From Camelus dromedarius (Eukaryota), in assembly GCF_036321535.1 (NCBI RefSeq), contig NC_087436.1:84570001-84634000 (forward strand): a stretch of DNA of 64,000 nt, given 5' to 3'. Positions 37,437 to 49,712 of the stretch are shown here, piece after piece. The first letter of the stretch is position 1, and the number at the start of each line of letters is the position of its first letter. The translations under genes were made by a program, and so were the position numbers. The notes below the pieces were generated by a model that was not told the DNA's origin, made no database searches, and was given only the letters and a program-made list of their open reading frames with translations.

Positions 37437-40228
37437 AGTGCAGGAGGTGTAATGTATTTATTGTATATGTGTGCATTTTAATTGCAGAGGAAAGACATTT
37501 AGAATAAACCAGATAGACAAGATGAAAACAAGGGAACTTTTCTTATGTATCCAAATCAAGGAAATGGCATTATTTCTTCCGGAGCTGACAGTGCTCCTGT
37601 CCTTCCCACCCACTCTGCTCCAGCTCGCTGGCCTCCTGGCTGCACCTGGGATGCCCCACCACGCTCCCTCCTCAGGGCCTTTGCATCAGCTGCTCCCTCT
37701 GCTAGGAACACACCAGGGCTAACCCCTGAATTCCTGTCTCTCCTCCGTAAGGGAGACCCTGCCACTTCACTTAACACTGCAGTCTGTCCTCTCGCCTACC
37801 TGGCATTCCCAGTTACCCTTACTTGGCTTTACTTTCTCTTTTTTCCAGAATCTTTCTGGCTTCTAATATCCTAGTCATTTATTTCATTCTCTATCATGTG
37901 CGCTATTTATTATCTATCTCTCGCCAAGCTAGAACAAGCTCCATGAGGGCAGGGATCTTCAGCTGTTTTATTCACTGATGAGAACAAGCAACTAGAATAG
38001 GACCAAGGTTCATAACAGCTGCTCAACAAAGATTTTTTTAATCCATCATTTATGTTTAATTAATCACTTTATAATTATAGAAGCTGTCCATTTGTATCAT
38101 AAGACATCAGAAAAAAATTAAAAACTTCAAATTCCCTCCAGCCAATAATATCTCACAAATCATGATAAACCAGGATAGTTTTTATCTTCTTTTCAGTGAC
38201 TCCTCTTAAGGAATCCTGTCTCCTGAGGAAAAACGTCATGGTGGGAATAACACCCACCTTTCAAGGCTTGGTATATGGATTAAATGAACCCACATGTGAT
38301 ACACTGCTTGTGGTAATAACACTAATACAGGTAGTTGTTATTTTCTCTTCTTTGATCTCGTCTTAAACTTCCATCCTTTCCCCCAACTTCCAAAAAGTAG
38401 GCAATAGATACCTGCAGCCAAAAGAATGACATGATGTTGTTCTTACAGGGGGCCAGGTGGGAAATGCCTCCCACTCAGGGCACTCAGGACAAAGCCCCCG
38501 GATTCACAGGAACAAGCTCTATGGTCCAAAAGCACCATGAGACACGTGGCCACTAACTATTCCACAGACAACAGAAACAAACAATAATAACAACGAACAA
38601 TAAACAATTACATTTTTATCTTCCATTCTCCCATTTGCAAAGCATTTTCATATGAAATTTTCTTTTATAGATGACTGAACCGGCGCTCTGAGAATCTAAG
38701 TGACTGGTCTAAGATTACACAGCTGATAAGTAGAAGAGCTGGCGAGTAAGTCTAGAATTAGAAGATAAATGATGAGGATCTTTTAAATTCATATTTCGTG
38801 AAATGCATACTATCCATTTCTAGAGACTCACTCACAATAAACGAAAACGTTCTTTAGTATTTTCTCTGTACGCTACTTCCTTCCCCATCCTCGAAACAAA
38901 TGACTTACCTATCTCAATAGACACACGTCCTTTCCTTGTTAGACAGCTCTCCTCCAAAATCTTCTTCTTGTAAAAAGAATTTACCCTCAGTGGTGAGTGT
39001 GCCAGGAAACAGGGTACATTGTTGAAAAAGCCAGGGAATCACTGCTCTTGTGAACTGTTGAGGAAAAAAAAGAAAAAAACATCGAGAGCTTTATATCTTC
39101 AATTCTCTCTGGGGACACCTTTAAAATGAATCTCTTTTCCATCCCTTGGAGGAAGTCAGTACAGAAGAGTTTTTTGGCTGAGGTTTCCAATTAGGTTTAG
39201 TAATATTAAATTTGCATTCCTTAGTCTAAATTTATTCTAGGACCTTAAAAGCATTTATTATAAACGGTTTCCCCTTTTGAAGGGACTGAAAGAATCATAT
39301 TCATGGATACTGAGGCTCCCATCCTTCTTACATACAGAATTCTCATGTTCATTTTTCATGGTAGTTTGGCTAAAATTTAAGTATTCAGAAGACACAGATT
39401 CACCCTAGTGGAGAAGTTAACCCAGTAATCATTAGATTATTTCTTCCCCCCGAGGTAATGAAGGCACCTTTTTATTCAAATGCCAATCACAGAGTTAACT
39501 AGGTCAACGGGCTCCCTGTGGGTAGGGCACACACAATTCCTTCTAAACACACTGGAATGAAAACCATGATGTAATGACCATGATGTAGATTTTAACTGGA
39601 AAGGAGGTGGAAAATGTCCAGGACACAACCTCAGATTCAAATCTGCCCTTTGCAAAGCCCAGGAAAAGAAGACAACATTCTGGGGCCACGATACGGGAAG
39701 AAATCGCTTCAATTCTCAGACTGACAATGGCTGCTGGGTCCTTTTGAGGAGTTGACCATATGTGCTTAGAGAAGGATTCCCAGTTATGGCTATGAGGGAT
39801 GAGCTGGTATCAGACCAACTTCCATTGAACACAACTAGAAAAGCTGGATAAAATGATTTTAAAAACCTGTTTGAAAGCACTGGAGTCCAGCTACCAAGGC
39901 AGCCAGGACATGAGAGGCAAGATCTTAGGGAGAAGGGAAATAAAAAATGAGGCAAGTCATCATACTACTTTTCCTCTCAGGAACGTTACTAGTCTTTTAG
40001 GGGCACAGGGCAAAACTCCTGAGAAGCCAAGCAGAAAGCAGCTGCTGCAAAGCACATAAAGGTACCAGACCTTTTGGCAGACTCACAGGCTGAGGAGACC
40101 CCGAAGAGAAGGTTAGCCCAGAGAAGCAAGCTGGACAGTCTGCCTTTCTAAGCATTTGCTCATTGATAAGGAATGTAAACCAAGCAGAAAACAGCAGGTA
40201 AGAGGCTGGGGAATAAAACAGAGCTTTT

Positions 40229-40357
40229 TTGTTTCTTTGATTGCTTTTGTTTTGGGGGGGTAATTTATTTTTTCTTTAATTGAGGTACCTGGGATTGAAC
40301 CCAGGACCTCGTGCATGCTAGGCATGCACTCTACCACTGAGCTACACCCTCCCTGCT
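40229..40357 (-). mobile_element. Vic-1-like SINE
   Basis: Antisense head; TSD aacagagctttt. Confidence 0.9.
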
Positions 40358-40999
40358 AACAGAGCTTTTGACAGTTTCATGATGCTGGAGGAAGGAAAAT
40401 TAGAGTTCACGGCCCAGGTAAATATCCTATACTTTCCGTTAGGACCCTTAAAGGGCAACATCCTAGAATGAAGGCCTGAAAAATACCAGAACTGAGCCTC
40501 AAATCAGTTCAGCCCCTCATTGGATTAAAGAGGTCTGCTTTACTCTGACTGCCTATGAGAAGCAAAAGTAAGCCTCCGGAGAAAGACATCTATGACTCTT
40601 TACACATAATGTCCTGCATTCAATCAACAATTACTAGACATAACAGCAAATAGATTGCAGAGAAAAAGAGACAATGAAAACAGACGCAGGGGTGACCAAG
40701 GTAGAGCCACAGGACATGATTTTTAAAATAACAATGATTAATACATTCAAAATTATAAAGATTACAAAATATTTTAACACACATTTCTTAGTGACTCACA
40801 AAACAAGCAAAAACACATAAGGATATGTAAGATTTGAACACCACAATAACAAACTCAACCTTTGTAACCTATTTAGAATACCTCACTCAACAACTGTGAT
40901 TAGTGTTTTAACATACACACATTAACATTTACAGAAATTAACCACATGTGGATCATAAATGTTTCAAGAAATCTCCATAAATGGAAACCACAGAGTATT

Positions 41000-41126
41000 T
41001 TTTTTTGAGGGGGGCGGCAATTAGGTTTTTATTTCTTTCTTCCTTAATAGAGGTACTAGGGATTGAACCCAGGACCTCACACGTGTTAGGCACACACTCT
41101 ACCACTGAGCTATACCCTGTCTCCAA
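41000..41126 (-). mobile_element. Vic-1-like SINE
   Basis: Antisense tRNA head and T-rich tail. Confidence 0.9.
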
Positions 41127-41189
41127 AAGAGTACTTTTTTGAACCTATTATTTTGAAGGAATATAGATTCAGAGGAAATTGCAAGCAGT

Positions 41190-42590
41190 ACCATTTTTAA
41201 AATTGAAGTAAATTTTACATACAGTAAAATAGACTGCTTTTAAATGTACAATTTGATACATTTCAATAAAGGAATCCAACTATGTACCCGCCAACAAAAT
41301 AAAAATATAAAATATTTTCATCACTTCAGAAAGTTCCCTCATGTGCCTTTTTGTCAATCTCCACATCGCAAAGGCAAGCACTGTTCTCACCGCTATTACT
41401 GCAGATTAGTTTTGCTGGTACTTGAGCTTCATAAAAAATGGGCTCATATAGTACGTACTCTTTTGTGTCTGTTGTTATTTAATACCTCCAAGATTCATCT
41501 ACACTGTTGAGTGTATCAACAGTTTACTCTTCTTTACTGCTGAGCAATAAACAGTCCATTGTATAAAAATACTACAACTTTTTAATATATTCCCTTACAG
41601 ATGGGTATTTGGTTGTTTCCATTTTAGGTCTATTATAACTAAAGCTATTATAAATATTCTTATATAAGTTTTTTTGTGCACATACATTTTCATTCCTCTT
41701 GGGTAAATACCTAGGAGTGGAACTGCTTGGTTATAGGGTTGGTGAATGTTTAACTTTATAAGAAATTGCCAAACATTTTCCCAAAGTAGCTGCATCATTT
41801 TATACTCCCACCAGTAATACATGAGAGTTCCAGCTGACAAAGCCTCATCAGCATTTGGTGTTGGCAGACTTTTAGTTTGTCCCATTCCAGTGCAAGGTTT
41901 TGATATGCATTTCCCTGGTGGCTAATGGTAGCTTTTTGCTTACGTTCTCTGTGCGGTGTCTGTTCAAGTTTTATTTTGTTTTGTTTTGTTTTGTTTTTAT
42001 TGACGCATAGTTGATTCACAATGTTAGTTTCAGGCATACAGCAAAGCGACTAAGTTATACATATACAGACATATATTTTTTTTTCAGATTTTTTCCCGTT
42101 ATACATTATTACACGAAATTGAATATAGTTTTGTGCGTTCAAGTCTTTTGTCCATTTTTTTCAAATTGCATTTTTAAAAAGTACTGATTTATAGGAGTTC
42201 ATTTTATATTCTGATGCCAGACTTTCGTAGATTATGTATTACATTTTCTCCCAGCCCATTGTTTGCCTTTTCAATTTCTAATCATCTTTTGATGAGCAGA
42301 AGTTTTTGATGTTGATGAACCCCAATTTTTTATGTTTAATGCTTTTGTCATCTTTTAAGAAATCTTTGCCTACTTCAAAGCCTAAAAGATATTCACTTAC
42401 TTTTTTTTCAAGAAGTTTTATAGTTTTAGCTTTATGTTTATGTCTGTGATCTATCTCATATTAATTTTTGTTTGTAGTGTGAGGAAGGGGAAAGAGGTAA
42501 ATTTTTCCTCCACTTGTTCCTGCAACATTTGTTGAAAAGACTTTCCTTTCTCCATTAAAATGTGATAGCACCTTTGTTGAAGATTAACTA
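41190..42590 (-). mobile_element. Old L1M 3' portion with a nested younger L1 tail (~41970-42135)
   Basis: Antisense L1 ORF2/3' UTR (gggtaaatacctaggagtggaa); the nested tail is flanked by gttcaagt. Confidence 0.85.
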
Positions 42591-43815
42591 ATATATGTCA
42601 CAGTAGGTTTTCAATTAAGCTAGACGTCAACATAAAAATGTTAACCAGAGAATTCTCAAATGTTTGAAAATTAAGCAGTATACCTCTAAATAGCATGGAT
42701 CGAAGAAGAAATCAATGAAGTAGATAGAAAACAATCATAAGTAGAGAAAAATCAACAAAGGTAAAAACTGTTTCTTTGAAGAAGGCTAGTAACACTGATA
42801 AACTCTTTAGCAGGCCCTTCAAAAGCAGAGCCAAGGCTTCTCATCTCAGCTCTATGATCTAAGACTCTTCTCCCCAGCACACTGATGTCAGACAGATTAA
42901 CTCTCCTCAGCTCCCTTACTGTGGTTCCCCAAGGCAAGCACAGGGTCTCTTTTGCTTTTAAATTTTTTGCTTTTATTCTTACAGAGAAACAGATAGAGAA
43001 AAATAGACATAAATGCAAGGATGTTGCAAAGTTTCCAGAATCTCGAATATGAGCTCTCCATCAGCAACATTATGAGGTTAAAACAACGTTGACCTGATGT
43101 CTGATGATGAACCATCAGCTCCTAAGATGTGAAACTGTCAATATAACTATTTGAAATACTGATTTACATCCACTCATTATTAGCCACGAACTTCATTATA
43201 AGTGCCTTAAAAGCGCAACTAACAACATTACAAAGCCAGTGTGATTAGCAAGACGTTTTACAATTAAGTCTATAAAATGTGAATACAAATCTCTGTATTT
43301 TTCCCTGACGTTAAGTCACTATGGTACCCAATACAATACTTAGTGATGATTATTTTCAAACAAATGACAAGCTACACCTCAACTGTGAAATAGTTGTTCT
43401 CTCTGCCTCTGTAAAAAATGATTTAAACAATACACAAAAATCAGCCACTGGTATCAAAAGTTTACTGACAATTAAATAATGCACAGATGAAAAATTGGTA
43501 ATCAATCAAACTCATTCCTAGTTAATAGTTAAAGAAAATGTTGGTGGAGATCTGAGGAAATAGGTATTTAAAATGAAGAAAGGAGTCCAGGAAAAGATAA
43601 TATCACTTGTGAAAAGCATCCATTGCATCGTTCAGAGGCAAAATATTACAGAAAAGAGACTGAATCCAGAAGAGTAACTGTGCTCCAGAATGTAACTGGC
43701 AATTTAGTAGAATCAATATAAAACCTTGTAGGGGGAAGGGTGTAGCTCAGTGGTAGAGCACATGCTTAGCATGCATGAGGTCCTGGGTTCAATCCCTAGC
43801 ACCTTCATTAAAAAT

Positions 43816-43846
43816 ATTTTAGTATATATGCTGCTGAAGCGAGCAC
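43816..43846 (-). pseudogene. 3'-truncated U6 snRNA retrocopy (nt 1-31)
   Basis: The minus strand reads GTGCTCGCTTCAGCAGCATATATACTAAAAT, 29/31 identical to the U6 5' end. Confidence 0.9.
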
Positions 43847-43856
43847 AACCTTCATT

Positions 43857-43960
43857 TTTTTTTTACTGTTGTATATTTTTATTTTTATTTATTTTTTAAA
43901 CATTTTTTATTGATTTATAATCATTTTACAATGTTGTGTCAAATTCCAGTGTTCAGCACT
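43857..43960 (-). mobile_element. Extreme 3' tail of a young L1
   Basis: Perfect 16-bp TSD gagcacaaccttcatt (43841-43856 and 43961-43976); poly(T) on the + strand. Confidence 0.85.
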
Positions 43961-44489
43961 GAGCACAACCTTCATTAAAAACAAATAAATAAACCTAATT
44001 ACCTCCTCCCTCCCCCAAAAATAAAAAACAAATAAAACCTTGTCATAACATGGGATTGATCATGAAAATCTTTTACATGACACAGTGGCTCCTTGGTTAT
44101 TTCATCCCACCACACCAAGAAGAGTTGTCAAGTTTTAAGTTGACTCACATGTGTTCTATTACAAGTAGACAAGTGTTCTAAAATATCCTGACTGCTTCAC
44201 TGAAGCCAACTGTCAGCTGTTGGCTTTAGAAGAGAGGTTTTTGGTGGAAAAAAAAGAAAGAAAGAAAACATGTTCAATTTATTCTTTTTTTTTTCCTCCA
44301 AAAATATTTTCTAAATAGAGATCCAGCTGATAGCCAGTTGTTGTTTACTTCACTGATAAAGGTGATGCTTTAACGATGAGTGATAACTACTTTTCAAGGA
44401 AATTCACCCTATGGAAAGAATACTGTGAAAAGAGGTGTTTGGAGAGTTTTCCATAAGGTGATTTTTGTCATTGCTGAAAATGATCAAAG

Positions 44490-45310
44490 CCATCACTTTT
44501 AGGAGTCATCCTTGAATTCTCTCTTTCTCACACTTCCCACAACAAATTGTCCCAACTCTAATTTTCTCTTCCGACAACTAACTGACGTATCTTTAAAATA
44601 CATTGTGACCACAACCACTCCTCATCTACAACTGCTACCATGCTAATGCCAGTCCTGGCCCCTATCATCTGTCTCCTAGGTTATAGCAGCAGCTGCCAAG
44701 TTGACCTCCCTGTATGTACTCCTCCAACTCCTTCACTGCACCACTGCCCCCAGCAGCCAGAGTCACTCTATTAACATTCCTGCTCAAAAACATCTAATAG
44801 TTTCCCATATATCTCAAAGTAAAAGGCAGACTCCCTACAATGGCCTATAAGTCCCTGAATGATTGGGCCATTACACCATTAACTCACTGACATCATTTCC
44901 TGTTCCCCTCTTCTTTATTTACTTCACTCCAGCCCCAATGGTGCCATGTCTCAAAGAAGCCAGGCACGTGTGACCTCAGGGCCTTTGCACTGGCTGCTCT
45001 CATTGCCTTGAATATTGTTCCAGATATCTTCTCATACCTTCTTCAGATTTCTACTGAAAAGTCACTTTTCCATGAGGCCTTCCCTGGCCTTCATCTAAAA
45101 CAGCAACTACTCCCAACCCTTCCCATTTCTCTTCATTGCTTTGTTTTTCTCTTTAATGTTTATCAACATCTAATATATTTTAACTACACCTGTTTATCTG
45201 TTATTGTCTATCTCCCTCTCCCATGATGAGAGTAGGAATTTTTGTCTGTTTTGTGTTCAATATTCTAGCTCCAAGGTCTAGAACAATGCCTAGCAATAAT
45301 ACTTGAATAT
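44490..45310 (+). mobile_element. LINE-2 3' fragment
   Basis: cagcagccagagtcac, ctcagggcctttgcactggctg and ctagaacaatgcctagca motifs. Confidence 0.8.
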
Positions 45311-46261
45311 GTGAATGTCAAAAGAACAAGGAGTTTATAAAATCTTCACATCTGTACACTTTAAAAACTTGGAAACAGAATTTTCTAAATCTTCCAAATG
45401 AATTTTAATGAGTTTTGAACTCTTTGTTAGAAATACAAAAATGTAATATCTGAATCATAATTTGTAAGAATAATTTAATGACATGGGAAAATAACAATTA
45501 ATAGCTGAATTGAAACAAAAATCTTGACACAGCTGGTGAATGAGATGGAAAAGCATACATGATGATTTACCAAGTGCAGCCAATGATGTCGTTCTATTTG
45601 GATCAACACTTCTTAATGAGTTATCTTTTTTGGCTATTAAAACTCAATTCTCAAAATAAAATGAACTTGTAATCACACCATCAAATGTCTGTATCACACA
45701 GTGCTGAAACCAAAACAAAACAAAGCAAAAAAGAGTGACATATATTCAATCACTGTGTTTTCATAAAGCAAAGAGAAATTTTTTGAAATGTTAACCAATA
45801 AAATAAAATTTTATTTTATTTATTTTATTTTTTAAAATATTATTATTTTTAAATATTATTTTTAAAAAATTTTAAATTATTTTATCTTTATCTCACCTTT
45901 TAAAATTTCAACTTCATGAATGTTTTACAACATTCAATATATTCAATAGTCAAAGTTTATAAACAAACTTTTTTTGTTTGTAGAAAGTGAATCTTCATTT
46001 ACAGCTTGAAAACCACTGTGCTAGAGACCTGGGAAGGAGGAAAGAGGCACATCTTGCCCCAGTTGATAGAAGCAGAAAAATCATTAGATAATTACCACAG
46101 TGTTATAAGTGTTATGAAGAAAGGTCCTTTATGACTTGGCCTCTGCCCTCCTCTCCAGCTTTGTCCCTAAATGACTCAAACTCTGCAAAGTCTATGCTCC
46201 AGCAACACCTAATGGCTGGCAATTTCACACGTACAACTCTTGATCCTGGTATCCTGTGCCC

Positions 46262-46392
46262 GGATCTAGCATTGCCAGGTAAAATACAGGATGTCCAGTT
46301 AAATCTGAACTTCAGATAAACAACACATAGTTTTTAGTATAGGGACATCTCATGCAATACTGGGGTCTCCTGCATTTTATCTGTCAACTCTG
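46262..46392. mobile_element. Short hAT MITE (MER53-like)
   Basis: ttgccaggtaaaatacagga ... tcctgcattttatctgtcaa inverted ends. Confidence 0.6.
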
Positions 46393-47167
46393 TGCCATGG
46401 AAATCCACAATTAGAGCCCCTAACTCAGGCTGAATTGGAAATGTTTCCCAAAAAAGGGAATACTTGAGATGATGCTTGTCTTCCATTTCCTTTTCTTAGA
46501 GTGACTAAACTCTCAAAAGGATAAAACACCGATGGCAATTTAATATGAATAATCTTGGAGAATATCTTTGGCTACTTCACTAAGATTTTAGAATAAAAGT
46601 GGAGTGAGGAATCTTAAGATAAGACAGTATCATATTGTATTCATCAGGATTCATTTAGTTGCATGTAACAGAAACTGACTTAGGCAAGCTTGAGAAAAAA
46701 TAGAATCTATTATAATGATACCTACATATTTAAACAGAACTTTTGGAGTAAGTGTACAGATTGATTGCAGAAAAAAAATTAACACTTGGGCCTACAGACC
46801 ACTTCTCATATCTGCTTCTCTCTTTGTAACTGCTATTTTTTTTCTCTCTACAGGTCTTTTTTTTTTTTTCCTGGTCTACAAGGCAGGCAGAAGATGGGAC
46901 CTGACACATTTTTGGATATCTTCTGTTCAACAGTACAGCCCAGATTAAGGTTAAAAGCTCTTAATTCTGATTCAAATTGGACTCTGATTGGGCCTAACTG
47001 AGTCAGTATGATTTACTATCATCTGAAAGACAGAGTTACACTGTACAAAAATGGGTGCCAGGGAGTCATCCCTAGAGAATGGAGGTCAGGAGGTCATGTT
47101 TCTCAAAGAAAAAGGAATTGAAAGTATTGACATTTGGGCAAACACCACCAAAGGGCATCTAGCACAT

Positions 47168-47545
47168 ACACCACCATCACCTTCCCCATTACCACCTATT
47201 GTCATCACCACCACCACCTCCACCTACAGCCATGACCTCCACCACTACCACCTCTACCATCACTTACAAGTATAACCTCTACCACCACCACCACCACCAC
47301 CACCACCACCACTTCACCCACCACCTACAATCATGATCTCTACCACCTCTACCACAACCACCACGTCTATCACCACCTACAACCATAACCTCTACCACCA
47401 CCATCTTTACCACCACCTACAACTATGACCTCCACCACCACCACCGCCACCTACAACCATGACTTCCACCACCACTACCACCTCTACCACCAACTCAACC
47501 ACCACTTACAATCATAATCTCTACCACCTCCACCACCACCACCTT
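47168..47545 (+). repeat. Degenerate (CAC)n-rich tandem repeat
   Basis: Seen directly; recurring cacctacaaccatgacctc-like units. Confidence 0.9.
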
Positions 47546-48477
47546 CATATGGTACACATCCTTCATTCAAGCTCCACTGTTTTTATCACCAGTTAATCCT
47601 TTCCTGGCTTTAAGGAAGAGGTAAGGCAACTGAAGACTGAGGTCTTTGTCACTGGATACATTTTCCTAATGTACAGTGATGTCAGTCTGCCCAACAGGGT
47701 TATCACAAAAGGACAGAAAAAAGTATCTAGGACCTTTGTTTTCAAAATTAGCAGGACATCAAGAGACTATATGTAAATGGTTCACAGTATTTAATGTTCT
47801 AAAGTAAAGTCAAATAGAAAGAAAAACAGGCATTATTACTTATTTGTTCCAGTATTTCTTTCTCCTTCCTTCCTTCCTCCCTCCCTCCTCTCTCTCTTCC
47901 TTTCTTCCTTTCTTCCTTCCTTTCTTTCTTTCTTTGTTCAGTTTTGCTACAACAATACTAAAAAATAAACACAACATCTTTCTCAGCCACACTCCAAAAG
48001 CAAACACACACAAAATACAGTAAACTTGGGAAGTCACTTTCTGGGTGGCAGAATCAAGAATAATCATCAACATTGATTTCCCTAAGAAAACAGTAAAGAT
48101 AGAAGGTAGTAGCAAAAGAGAAAAAAAGGCACTCCTCAGAAAAAAATTTAATGCTCTCAACTCTTAATCCTCCTGTTAGCGACAACTGAGAACTAAGTTT
48201 AAATAAAATCACTGAGCAGGACTTTCTAGAGGGCTCCCCATTACCTACCAACAGTAAAACGAGCTCATCCTCTCCTAAAGAACCCCCTCTTCCCTGGTGC
48301 TCAAGGACCCGGAGGTTGACCAGTGATGGCAACACCTTGGCTTCTCAGGCCTTCTAAGCCTTGCTCCAGCCTCATGATGTTTATAATTTTCATTTGGGAT
48401 GGCATTTAATAACCACCATTAACCCAACATTATTAGTGAAATATATCTCACTCTGCAAGAGACACTTGCTTTATGTG

Positions 48478-49122
48478 CAGTTGCTTCTCATTACCTGCAG
48501 TAGATGTTTTCTATAAAGTTATACTGAATAAGTGAACACTGAGCCGCTACTCCTGGGGAAATACAAGGTTAGGTTCCTGAGAGCCTCTGTTCACAGCATC
48601 CTCACCAAGCCATCAAAACATACACATCATCTTACTTTATGTAAGTTTCTATTTAAAGATACCTTATTTAATATGTATTGTTGATTATCAATATCAAATT
48701 CACAGCCAACAGCCTGTAACTCATGCCTAAATGAAGCTTATCTAACTATGTATGCATTTCTCCATAAAGTATATCACAGCCTTCTTGGGCATCGGCATAT
48801 GCTGAGGAGAAGCTGTTTTAAGTAGCAAAATTACCACCACCACCAACAAAGAAACCTCACAAATACGCAAACACACGGCACTAAATAGACTGTGAAAAGG
48901 ACAATTCTTCACAGTATTAGAGCAGAACAAGAAGGCAGAGCACTGCCTTGTTTGACCTCAGCAGGGAACACACGTTTTGGGTGACTCAAATTTTTTGCCA
49001 CTCTGTGTATGTGTGCAAATAACCACTTACGTGTTACAAGTACCGGTTTTAGGGTTAAAAATAAATTTTAACTCATAAGCAAATTGGCAAATATAGAATC
49101 CAAGAATAATGAGGATTGACTG
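48478..49122. mobile_element. MER82-like TcMar-Tigger DNA transposon, near full length
   Basis: Imperfect TIRs cagttgcttctcatta / taatgaggattgactg, TA after the right end, and internal sequence matching my recollection of MER82. Confidence 0.85.
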
Positions 49123-49243
49123 TATATATGGTTCCAAGTCTGAAACCTGGTTTTTCTCTCTTAAACTTCTCCCCATTTAGAGAAAAGAGGCCTGGTGAAG
49201 TTCCAAGTATATTTCACAACTCCTTGCAACAGAACTAGCTTCA

Positions 49244-49712
49244 TGTAAGACAGGCTGGGACCTGGAGCCCTTTAGTGAAGTGCTTGTACCTGGACAAAGT
49301 CTCCTCTCCTTGAGCAACAGAATACAAAGAAACTGTAAGGGACTAAAAATAACTACATGCATGCAGTTAGGGCAAATTATGCACAAAAAGATACAAAAAG
49401 GCCAAAAATCAACTGCCACTTCTGAGCTGCTGAGAGCAAAAGCAGGGTACTGTGCATGATCCCTGCACACAGCACCCCCAAGGGGGTGGGGAGACCATGC
49501 AAGCCACCCCTCCGAACCCACTCACGGATCCACTCCCACCCCATTTAAGGAATCAGCTTACCCCTCTTCAGGGAGCAAGCAAGGGCACCTGTTTCTTATT
49601 TTCACTCCCTCGTGCTAGAGCATGAGTCCCAATAAAGCCTTGCCAGAATTCCTCATCTGGCCTCTAATCAATTTCCATTGATTAAAGAGCTCAAGGGCCC
49701 TGGTCAGTAACA
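49244..49712 (+). mobile_element. ERV1-like solo LTR
   Basis: tgtaag...taaca termini; AATAAA at ~49631. Confidence 0.75.

Larger units (their letters stand above)
43730..44031 (+). mobile_element. Vic-1-like SINE hosting nested U6 and L1-tail insertions
   Basis: TSD ataaaaccttgt at 43718-43729 and 44032-44043. Confidence 0.9.
43020..46020 (+). mobile_element. hAT-Charlie/Buster-type DNA transposon fossil, interrupted by SINE and L2
   Basis: Transposase remnants: VKSIHCIVQRQNITEKRLNPE (~43609), DHENLLHDT..WL (~44058) and LFGSTLLNELSFLAIKT (~45593), which match Buster-family motifs. Confidence 0.8.
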
